Positions 1 to 10,609 of a stretch of 64,000 bases of DNA are shown here, piece by piece. Positions within the stretch are counted from its first letter, which is position 1; each line of letters opens with the position of its first letter. The DNA is taken from positions 5,067,214 to 5,131,213 of the forward strand of contig MU053561.1 of the NCBI GenBank assembly GCA_013239625.1, given 5' to 3'. This stretch comes from Lama guanicoe (Eukaryota). The notes under the pieces were generated by a model that saw only the letters and a program-made list of their open reading frames with translations, had not been told where the DNA came from and searched no databases. Both the position numbers and the translations under genes were made by a program.

Positions 1-1499
1 CTTCGAACTGTACTTGCAACTCTCCTGAGTGTGAAGTTATTTCAAAGGAAAAAAGAAATTTAAAAAGGGAACCAGGGAATCGTAACGTGGCAAGTGTGTA
101 CTCCACACCCAACGTCGCCACTTTTCTCTCACGATCCAGCCAACGACCTTGCTTCCTCCTCAACAGGGAGTCAGGGTTGACTTCCTCCACCTCCTCACAA
201 ATGCAGCTTCCGTTCCTTTATTTCCATCTTCACCGCCTTCCCTCTGGGTCAGTGAAAGTGGTGTCCGTCCCCGTCCAAGGCCAGCTCTGCCACGTCCACC
301 TGAGGCCCCACCTCTCCTTCCTCCCCCTCCTCCAGAGTGCCATTGCACCAGTCAGTCTTCCCAACCCTTCATCTTGAGCCTCCTCTCTCTCTCTATTGGC
401 TCTGTCCCTTCAAAAACAAACCAGGCTCACATATCTCCCACTGTTACATTTTTTCAAAGTCCTCTCCCTTCTTCCACGGTTACTATTTCAGACCCTCATC
501 GTTTTCCTCAAGCCCACCGTTTCATCAAGGATTCTTAATTAAAGGCAGCAGAACCCACTCTAGTAATTAGAAAAATGATTAGCTATTATTCGGGAACTCA
601 TACTATCTCTGGGAGTACCAAAGAGTCGAACCGCAAAGGTGTGGGACTAGAAACAACTCCGCGAGCCTCCCTTACCATCCTCTCTCCCTCATTTCACAGC
701 CAAACCTTTTGCGCACAAATTCTTCCTCTACTGCTTCCACTGCCTTCCTCCCCTCACTCTCTGCCCTCACCTTCTGCTGAAATTATCTTTGCCCAAATCT
801 CTGGCAACCAACTACCTGCTAAGTACATGGACTCTTTTCTATTCTTACCCTCCTGGAAATATTTACAGCATCTGGGCTGTTGTTCCTCCTGACCCTTTCT
901 CCTCACCTGATCTCCCTATTGCCTCCACCCGCCTCGCCCACCACAGGTTTTCCTCCTCCGTCTCTGGCTGGCCCTTCTCACTCGCCCAGCTCATAAATGC
1001 AGGCACTCCTCAGACCCATGTTGTCATTTTTTTCTCCTGTCAGTGTGTACATCTTCCTAGGTGCCCATTCACTTCACTGGCTTCAACTCCTACCCACACA
1101 CTGCTGGTTCCTGAGTCTTTGTCTCTAGCTCAGACTGTCCTGTGTTTCTGACCCATACATCGTGTCCAATGACCACCTAAGACTTCCACCAAGATGGCTC
1201 CCAAACATGTTGGCATCAGTATTACAAGTGAGAGAAAATCTGAAATGTTTTAAATGGCAAGGAAATGGATTGGACAGCCATAATACATGTGTGCTATTTT
1301 AAGCTGCTAAGTTTGTGACGATTTGTTATACAGCGTTAGAAAACCCATACAGCCGCTCTGAAGCAGGCAGATTATTCTGAAAGAAAGCTAAGCCATGCAA
1401 GCTATTCCATTTCCTAAACTCACCACCCAGATCACTGAGACAGGCCAGGACTGTTCACCTAATGAAAGTGCCACGCCATTGAAACCAGTGAGAAGGAAA

Positions 1500-2000
1500 A
1501 CCTTCCCCTTTCCCCTGACCCCTGTCTCAATATTTGGAAGAGTAGGAGAGAGAACTATTAGGAGGCTACAAGCACAGTTCAGGCAAGAGATGACGGTGGC
1601 CAGGATGGGGAGAAGCAAATAGATCTGAGACATATTTGGAAAATATATAAATGCCAGAGTCACTAACTGACTAGATTCAGAGGATGAGAAAGGAGAGATC
1701 CGGATGACTTCTGGGTTTCTGGCTTGAACAACTAGGGCTATGGTAATGCCACTAGCCAAGGCAGGAAATGCTGGAAAACGGACAGTTTGTGGGGAGAGTG
1801 AAATCTTAGAGTTTCATCCTGGACATGTTAAGTCTGAGCACCTGTGAGACATCCAAGGAGAGATGTCAGTTAGAGGGGGCTGGATGTGCCAATCTGGAAC
1901 TCAGAGAAGAAGTTGGGGCTGAAGTTATAAATGTATGAGTCATCAGCATAAAGATGTTATTTAAAGCCATGGAGAGGGAGAGAACCACCGGGGGGAGGAG
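1500..2000. mobile_element. L2 LINE remnant (one of several; others at ~15.1-15.7, 23-24 and 28-29.4 kb)
   Basis: Typical L2 blocks such as GGACATGTTAAGTCTGAG...GAGACATCCAAG.GAGATGTC and GGAACTCAGAGAAGA..TGGGGCTG. Confidence 0.6.
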
Positions 2001-3375
2001 ACGTAGAATCCTGCCCTTCCAGTCTCTCCATCCTGTCTTCAGATTCATCTTTCTAAAAGGCAAATCTGATCGGGTTGTTCTGCTTAAAATTATGCGATGG
2101 CAGTCCAAGAGTTTTTTTTTTTTCCTTTTAAGTTTCAATTTTACTAAAATGTTTAAACTGTAAAAGGAAAGTTATGTTAACACGTTGTACATTGACCTAG
2201 TTTCAGGGAAGAAATTGTAAAGCACTGATTAAAAGCCAGTACAATATTTGGAAAGTTGAGGAGAAACAGGGAACACAAAGAAAGTATAATGAAGGCAAGC
2301 AAATAATTAAATTACAGCAAATGTGTCGCTTTTCATGTTATTTGCTCAGAGTAACTATGATCATTTATACACCCAGCCAAAGATTTTAATTGCTTAAAAG
2401 GCGACTCACTAGCTGTGAGACCTTGTCAACTGCTTTAACCTTTCTGTATCTCCTTTTGCTTTTTCTGTAAGGTGGAAATAATGATGTTTGCACTACTTTC
2501 CTGGAAAGGTTGCTGAGAGAGCTACAGGAGATCATGGGGAAAAAAAACACTGAAAATTTACAGGAGAAAGGGGAGGTTATAAGCTCCTTAAGTTCAAGGA
2601 CAAAAATGTATTATACCTGTATCCTCTCTGCCCAGCAGAGTGCCTAGAGTTCATTACATGATTATTATCAGAGGGAAAAACATGATTCAAGAGCTCCCTA
2701 TTGCCTTCAGAATAAATCTCAGTTGGGTTCTCTGAGAACAGAGCCAAAGATTGAGTCTTGGGTGCAAATAGTTTATAAAATTGTCCAAAAGAAGGAATGA
2801 GGGAGCAGGAAGAGAGACAAAGGGAGTGAACCAATGTGCAGTACAATAGGGACACCACGGCTGAAGGTGAAGGGCTTAGTTTCACAGAGACCCCGAGATG
2901 CTTATTGAGTCTCAGTGTTATCCACCTGAAAGACAGGAGGCTAGAACACTTGACCACCTGTCTTCTGGCCCCTCCACTGCATGAGGTTGGCCAAAGTGTA
3001 CTAACCACCCATCCCTCTGGCAGTGGAGCAGCTCCTGTGGCCTCGGAGATAGTCAGAGGCGGCAGGTGGAGGGCTCCTGTGGTGACACCCATCGCTGAGC
3101 CATGAACGCGAGATGCACAGAACCTCCCACCACTGCAGCAGTTGAAGTCAGAGGTGGCCCAGGGGGATGTGATCAGAGGCACCAAGAGCATCTGCTGTGA
3201 GTTCCAAAACCTTTCACCTGACGTCTGTCCTCGGGTAGCTCACAGCACCTCCAGAGGGAGTTTTCCTGCCACTAGACCCCGCTGAAGATGCAGCCTATAG
3301 GGGCCTCATTTGTCCCTCATCGCTCCGCCTGCCTCCCCATGCCACAGCCAACTGGACCAAGGACAGGCACCTATC

Positions 3376-4152
3376 CTGTCTTAGTCAACTTGGGCTCTTA
3401 TAACAAAGTACCATAGATTGGCTGGTTGAAAAAAATAGAAGCTTCGTGGATCCGTTCACAGGCCCCTTCTGCTGCCTTGCCACTCCTCCCTCAGTGAGGA
3501 TAGGCACCTAAGGGAAGCGGGGACAGACACGCACCATCACTTCTCAATGAAGTGGCTCCTTTCCAGAGGCATTTCAGATAATGTTGGACAGTTATGTGTT
3601 GAAATGTGTGGAGTTCATCACAGCTAATCACAAAACAGGACAGGAAGAGACTTAGAAAAAGGCTAAATTACTCAAGCAAATATTTTCCAAGTTATTTCTG
3701 GAAAGTATTTTTACGGAAGTGCGTTACCACCCTTCTGATTTGAGATGTGTGTGTTTTGAGAGGGTTACATTATTTATTGGAAGAAAGAAAGAAAGGAAGG
3801 AAGGAAGGAAGGAAGGAAGGAAGGAAGGAAGGAAGGAAGGGCAAGCAAGGAACATTTCTCATACACGTTGACACTAGGAAGTCCAAGATCAAGGTGTCAG
3901 GTGATTCAGTTCCTAATGAGAACTCTCTGCCTGGCTTACAGATGGCCACCTTTTCATGGTGTCCTCACATAGTGGAGAGAGAGAGCTCTGGTCTCTTCTT
4001 ATAAGGACACTAATCCCTTAGTAGAGATCCCAGCCTCACGACCTCACCCCAACCCAGTTACCTCCCGGAGACCCCACCTCCAAATGCCACCACATTGGGA
4101 AGGGCTTCTACATACACATTTTGAGAGGACACAAACATTTGCTACGTAACAT
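3376..4152 (-). mobile_element. MaLR LTR (MLT1A/B-like) split by a ~400 bp insertion (~3442-3850)
   Basis: TGTCTTAGTC...ATAACAAAGTACCATAGA before the insert and GGAAGTCCAAGATCAAGGTG...CTTATAAGGACACTAATCC after it. Confidence 0.7.
3780..3852 (+). repeat. (GAAA)n/(GGAA)n microsatellite
   Basis: Read directly; about 11 GGAA units. Confidence 0.95.
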
Positions 4153-5084
4153 GTCCCAAGGGCAGCCACACTTTAAGCTGGCTAGTAATCCGTAACGAGA
4201 TACGACCGCTCAATCAAGTCTTCTCTCTGGACTCCGAACTGGAGGAAGCCAAACGAATGAGTCCATTGGCAGTGAGTGTTGAAACTGACCGTGAAAGGTA
4301 AAGATGAGGCCATAAGAATAGGTCAGTTTTCCCCAGGGGCAGATTGATCAGGAAAATTGATCATACAAGAGATGATTCTTAAAGTGAATCTTGAAGGGTG
4401 ATCAGGCACATGTGGCAGGGTAACGATGTCAACAATAGGACCAAAATTATGAGCAGACCAAGATGATGAGAAAATAAAAGGAAAGGTAGAGAAAAGGTGA
4501 GTAAGGGTGAGAATCCGCCAGTGGTGGTGGATGGGATGAGTTTCCTGAAAGGCCCAGCACTGCCCTGAAGAGGTTGTTCCTGCTGCTCCTGAAGCCAGGT
4601 CAGGGGGCTTCCCCACACCTATGTCTTCTGACCACCCCTCACTCCTTCAAATAAAGGGCCTAAGGAGTTCCTTCACCCACTACTGTGTCACTCTCTGTAT
4701 ATTCCACGTTTTCTCATGCTGGCCCTGCCTCAACTTGCTGGCCTGTCCTATTCATCCTTTAAAGCTCAGCTCAGGCTTCAGAGCCTCTCCTGCCTCCACG
4801 GAACCCCTTAAAACCCAAGTCACAAGCCTTTCCTCTGGTCTCTATAATACCCCATACTTTATTATAGGATTGTTTGAGTTCCGATTAATGATATTCTTGT
4901 CTGCTACCATGACATTAAGGGCTCTCTGAGGAGAAGAACAAGCAATTCATTATCTTCATTTAATAAATATACATTGAGTACTAACTGTGTGCCAGGCACT
5001 GTCCTAGACCCTGGGGACATGAAAATGAATAAGGCAGAGAGAGTTCTTGGTCTTGGGGAGCTTCCACTCTAAATGTTTTTTGAA

Positions 5085-5155
5085 TGGATAGGTTGATGGA
5101 TGGATAGATGGACAGGAGGATGAAGGAATAAATGGATGGATGGATGGATGAATGT
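5085..5155. repeat. Degenerate (TGGA)n tract
   Basis: Read directly. Confidence 0.8.
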
Positions 5156-5284
5156 ATAGGTATGTGAGTGAATCAGTAGATGAAGCTTTGAGGTGGATAG
5201 GTCCACTGTAAGGGAACAAAAGGTCCTCTCTTTAATTAAACTGTGAGAGCCACCTTGGTCCCAGGCAAGATCCATCTTCATCCC

Positions 5285-5825
5285 TGTATTCATTATCTAT
5301 CACTGCATAACAAATCAGCTCATGGCTGGGGGGCTTAAAACAATGACAATCAATTATTATCTCACAATTGTATCTCACAAATTCAGACAAGGCACACTAG
5401 GAATGACTTATCTCCACTTCACTCCATAATCTCTGGGTCTCAGCTGGATGACTTAAAAGCTAGGGTCCTGAACTCACCTGCAGGTTTGCCTGAGGGTGGA
5501 GGATCTGCTTTCAAGGCAACTGGCTCACAAAGGTGTAACCCATCAGTTCCTCTCCATGTGAGCTTCTCCTCAGGGCTGCTTGAGTATCCTCAAGACATGA
5601 CTGTTGGCTTCTCCGTGGGTGAATAATTTCAAGAAAAAACATGGCAGAAGAAGCAATGCCTTTTCTGACCTAGCCTGGGAAATCACACACCATCACTTTC
5701 GCCATATTCTAGGCATTATATACAAGTTACTCAGTTTGGCCCACATTCAAGGCTGTAGGAGTTAGACTCCACTTTTTGAAGGGAATTGTGTCAAAGAATT
5801 AGTGGATGTATTCGAACACAAACAC
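5285..5825 (-). mobile_element. Old MaLR LTR (MLT1-family) remnant
   Basis: GGCTTAAAACAA, TTCCTCTCCATGTG, GCTGCTTGAGTATCCTCA and CATCACTTTCGCCATATTCTA blocks typical of MLT1. Confidence 0.55.
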
Positions 5826-6845
5826 AATCCGTCTTCCTCAGACCCCCAAATTGATTTATTTTCTTTTTTCTAGCCATCACCATCTATAGCCAGACTCCCC
5901 GCCACAGACTTCCCCCTACGCAGTAGGATGCAGTCTCCCCAGTTTCACCCCACCAGCCTTCTCTAAATAAGTAATAGTCCTTTGCATTTTAAGGGTTTTG
6001 TTGCTAATTCCTACAGAAAAGCAAAGAAAACAGAATTTTTAAATGGCAAATCTAGGGGAATTTTAAGTTACCAGAAAGATGGATGAAGAACTGTTAGAGG
6101 TTTTCATCCCTGGGATTCCCTGAAACCACCACACCCTTAGTTCTATGGCTCTCAGACCCCGTCCCACCCTTAGATGGTCCCTCAGGGGAGTCCATTCTCA
6201 TCCCTGGGATTCACCTGCACTTCTTGTCTGGTTGGATGGCAGACTAAGCTACTGCACTTTAGCCCAAGAATATCTGTTTTGACACCTCTCCTACATGTGA
6301 TGAAAGTTTGGGTCTCTTCCAGAACCTTCTTCCTAATCTCCCCACTCACTGCAGGAGCTCTTCTGCTTGTAAACTCTGCAGCTGCCCATGCCAGCACTTG
6401 TGGACTGTGCCCTGATCCCTGGACACTGGGAAAGGAAGGCTTGTCTCTAAACCACTCCTACAGATATTTCTCCCCTGGTTTGGGGTGTCCTACACAGACC
6501 TGAGGATCACAGCACCATCATCTCCTGCTTGGGAAACTTCAGTAGCCCCCTAACCAGTCTCCCTCCAAACTGCCCTCCCACCTTAGCAGGAATGACCTTG
6601 CTAAGCACAGGTCTGGTCTCACTGCTCCCATTCAGAGACTCTTCAAAGCCCCTTCATCACCCAAGGATGAAACCCACAGTCTTTGACAAAGTCTACAAGG
6701 CCATCCGTGACATTGCTTTGGCTCACCTCTCCTGACATCAGCTTTCAACCAGAAAAAACTAGGTGGTCCAAGTTCTGTCGCATCCATGGACCTTTTACAT
6801 ACTGTTTGCTCCGCTTGGAAAGTTCACCCCACCTCCCCACCCCCT

Positions 6846-7276
6846 CGCCACTGCCCACCCCTCCACGCACACACCAAGCTGCCTCACTTCTATTCACTTT
6901 CAGGTGTCAGCGTGAGTACCACTTTTTCTGGGAGCCTATGCCTGACCTCTCTCTGCTCCAAGCTAGTGTAACTGAGCAGGACCCTATGGAGCCTTCCTGG
7001 GACAGACCCCTTCCCTGTATCCTCTCTGAAGGACCTAGATAATAGTATCTCATGCACATTACGCCACTGCCCACCCCTCCACACACACACCAAGCTGCCT
7101 CACTTCTATTCACTTTCAGGTGTCAGCGTGAGTACCACTTTTTCTGGGAGCCTATGCCTGACCTCTCTCTGCTCCAAGCTAGTGTAACTGAGCAGGACCC
7201 TATGGAGCCTTCCTGGGACAGACCCCTTCCCTGTATCCTCTCTGAAGGACCTAGATAATAGTATCTCATGCACATT
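6846..7276. repeat. Tandem duplication, period 216 bp, two near-identical copies (6846-7060, 7062-7276)
   Basis: Direct comparison shows one substitution (ccacGcac vs ccacAcac); the ORF track gives duplicated peptides. Confidence 0.95.
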
Positions 7277-7660
7277 CCCTGAGTTGTTTACAGATGTCAA
7301 AACCCCCACCAAATGGAAGAAATTAAGTACTTGATGACCATGGTCATGTAGCCCCCAGACCTACTGGCACCTAAGGATTGATCATTTAACCCCTGTGACA
7401 CCGCCCTGTTACCTCACCATCAACCAACCAGAGAACTATGCACAAGCTGATCACATAGCCTGGGACTAACCCACCTCAACTTGCCTTTAAAAATGCTTTG
7501 CTAAAACCCATCAGAGTCTGGACTTTTTGAGCATCATCTGTCCAGGACTCCTTGCAAAGCAGCCTGTAATAAATGCTGCACTTTCCTTCACTACAACCTG
7601 GTGTTAATAGACGAGCTTTACTGCGTGCAGGTGGGAGGACCCAAGTTTGGGTGGGTAACA
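7183..7660 (+). mobile_element. ERV1-type solo LTR with 4-bp TSD CTAG
   Basis: TGTAAC...GTAACA termini, internal AATAAA, CTAG at 7179-7182 and 7661-7664. Confidence 0.8.
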
Positions 7661-7794
7661 CTAGCACACTTGGCTTGCTCCTACTTTTCACACTTGGATT
7701 TTGCTTGTCTGTCTTGAAGGCAGAAACCAGTTCCAATATCTTTACCACATACCACAGTGCCTGGCTCATGGTACTTGCTCAATGAACATTTCTG

Positions 7795-7930
7795 TTTTTT
7801 TCTTTTTCTTTTTTAATTTTTTTTTTGTAGGAGAGGTAATTAGGTTTGTTTGTTGTTTGTTTAACGGAAGATTGAACCCAGGACCCCATGCATGCTAAGC
7901 ACGCCTCTGCCACTGAGCTCTTCTCCCCCC
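7795..7930 (-). mobile_element. tRNA-Ala-derived SINE (camelid Vic-1-like)
   Basis: A/B-box tRNA head, A-rich tail, TSD TGAACATTTCTG at 7783-7794 and 7931-7942. Confidence 0.85.
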
Positions 7931-8653
7931 TGAACATTTCTGATTGAATGAATGAATGAATGCATGAATAGAGGCCCCTCACCACTCCTCTAGGTCTGTG
8001 CTCTGCTCTCTGGAAGGCCTGCTTGGCCCTGGCCTGTTCCTGCCACAAGCAGCTGTCTGAAGAATGCTGACTTAGCAGACATATGGGTGCTGAGGTGGGC
8101 TCAGCTCTTCTGTGGCCTCTGCTGTCCTGGGCCACTATCACAGCTGTCTCTGATGAAGTGGACGGGTATCACCATCACCAGCTTAGGTCCAGCCCCGCAA
8201 TCCATGCGACAGGTCCACATCCCCAAGTGGCAGGGGAGTTACCTGCCACCTGGTCATGCTCTCTGCCTGGGTAATCAAAGCTTTCACCTGGGGTGTCAGA
8301 TGATCACTGAATGTGGGCCCTCCCTCTCCTAGTATGGCCTGGCTGGTCTTTGCTGGGCTGTACAGTCACATCTCGGATGGCAGTTGAAGTGGTTCTTTAC
8401 CAAAGGCATCCAAAGCTGGAAAGACCCCAAGCACTGGGGTTCCAGCCATTTTGCTTCTGTCTCCTTGTGCCCGTTCAGTGGTGGGTTTGGGAGCAGAGGT
8501 CCAGACTCACACTACCTGAGACGGATCCTGCTTCTACCACTCACTGCCGGAAGGACCCTGGGCAAGTCATGTGAGATTTTAATCCTTCGATTTCTCGTCT
8601 ATAAAACAGACATAGTGCCTTCTCTTAGGACTGTTGTGGGGATTAAGTGAGAG

Positions 8654-9781
8654 CGAGACGGGAGGGTAAGGGGCAGGGCACAACCTTTAAAAGAATGATA
8701 CAGCTTTTGAGGATACACCATAAACTGGTTTTAAAGGAGGATTAATAAAATGGCCATACTTAGGCTAACAGATTGCTTATTCTGCGCTTGCCCTTAAAAT
8801 GGTCAACTGACCTGACCAGTTGCTATTCACAGCTCCAGGCCCATAGTTAAAATAAAGCTATTAATTTTACTGTTTCTGCTTTGTTCCAATGATCAAAAGT
8901 AATAATCATTCTTGGTTTCTGAGTTGTTTTCCAAGGAGAAGGTCACAGAACTGTAACCTTACAAAATACCCTGAATTACCAAGAAGACCATGCCTTGGGC
9001 GCTTATAAGATGAAGAGATTGAAAGAGCGACAACCACTAGCTTCTGTAGAACTAGTCACCTGGAGACACCATGACGCCACTCTGAGTCGTATGAGAAGAA
9101 AATAATTCTGTTGATTGTTGCCAATGCTTTATTGTTTAAGCTATGGCTATGTAATCACCCCGCCCCAACCCCAAGGTGGGTTCACAGTTTTGAAGGCACT
9201 AGCCTGCTGTGATCCCCAGTGACCGGCAAAGTAATTAAGTTGTCTCTTCTAAGTTCTAAGACCCTGTCTCTGAGTTATTTGGCTCATCAGGGACGGGGGC
9301 TGATTTTTCAGCAACATTAGAACCAGCTGGGCCCAAGATGGCAGAAGGTTCAACTTCCAGTAGACCTTGAGCCTCATTACAGGCTCACTGTAATTCATTA
9401 GCATGCTAGATGGCACACTCCCAGGCACCACGACAGTTCTGAGGCTGATCGTAACAGGCCAAAAAGAGGGCAGTGGCCCAATTCCTGGGAATCTCCACTC
9501 CTTCCCCAAAATAGTTGGAATAATCCTCCCACTTGTTAGCAATATATTACCCAGCCCCAAAAAACAGACAAACCTGTATCCTATGACTGCTCTTCCATCT
9601 GAGAAGGACCACAGTCTGTCTATGGAATGTGTCTCTAAATAAACTTGCTTTCACTTTACTATGGCTCACTGTTGAATTCTTACAGGTGCAAGGCCAGCGA
9701 CCCTCACTTGGTGTCCTGTGCAACAGACTCATCTGAGACCTGGGACATGACCATCCTCTAGGGCCCCATTCTCCTGCAACA
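8654..9781 (+). mobile_element. ERV LTR interrupted by a second LTR (~8730-9316); the whole inserted into a MIR
   Basis: Outer LTR reads ...TAAACTGG / TTAGAACCAGCTGGGCCCAAGATGG across the insert, has AATAAA ~9638 and ends CTGCAACA; inner LTR ends CAGCAACA; MIR-like halves flank (~8490-8653, ~9782-9845). Confidence 0.7.
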
Positions 9782-10097
9782 AGACCATGGACATAAGAGC
9801 TTAGAACAGACTAGACCCTCACATAAATGAGAGCTACTATTATTTGCACTAAAGGGGAGGCAAGGCCCCATGGAATGTTCCTTGTTCCCTAACTCTCTTC
9901 CTTGTCCCACTCCCCCCTCCCCACTGTCCTCTCTATAAGCCTTTCCTCTGTTGGGATATTCTTTCCCTCCCATAGGATGATGACGGACTCAGTCTATTCT
10001 CTTCTTGGCCTTCTATTTTTTCAGGAGGATGTCAGCAAGGTCTTCCTCTCCCCGGGCTCTGCTGGTCCCCTGAGAACCATGCACACACTTCTGTGTG

Positions 10098-10609
10098 TGT
10101 TAGAGGAGGGCTGACGGGCAGATTATGGGTGTTCTAACTCCATTTCTGCTTCTCTCCATGAGCAATGCTGTAGCCTGCTTTTCCCTGAATGACCTAAAAG
10201 CAAACACTCCTTGCCACAGCAATAATTAATTTTCTTCCAAAGACCTCAGTCTGGAATACAGAAAAAGTACATATTCTCCCCATTAACACAGCTTTGACCC
10301 GACTCTGGGAAGTAACTGCCCTGGTCTTATTATGCTAAAGGACCATTCACTCACTTCCTGGCATGGTTTTTATTACAAAGAATCTTTCATTAACTGAAAA
10401 GGCTTCTGCCTGAACCATCACCTCATTATAATTTCTCTGATCCCCAAATTTCTTTTAATAATAGCTGGTTTTCTTTCTGCTTATCCCACCATCCACTTCT
10501 GTCTTCCTATTTCGAAGCTCCAGCCCCCTGTGGGAACTCCCACTCAGCCACCACCATTGCCAGAATGAAGGGCTTCTCTTGGTCCAGCTCACTGCTGAGA
10601 TGACTAACA
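10098..10609 (+). mobile_element. LTR-like element
   Basis: Inverted termini TGTTAG...CTAACA, ~510 bp; family not identified. Confidence 0.45.

Noticed and set aside
2577..3191. 204-aa minus-strand ORF
   Set aside because: No domain similarity; lies over what looks like an old LTR remnant; composition is not coding-like
3795..3840. (GGAA)n as an ETS-type enhancer microsatellite
   Set aside because: More simply explained as the decayed A-rich tail of the adjacent insertion; no evidence of function
6846..7276. Direct repeats considered as a CRISPR-like or array system
   Set aside because: Two adjacent 215-bp copies with no spacers in a mammalian context; simple tandem duplication
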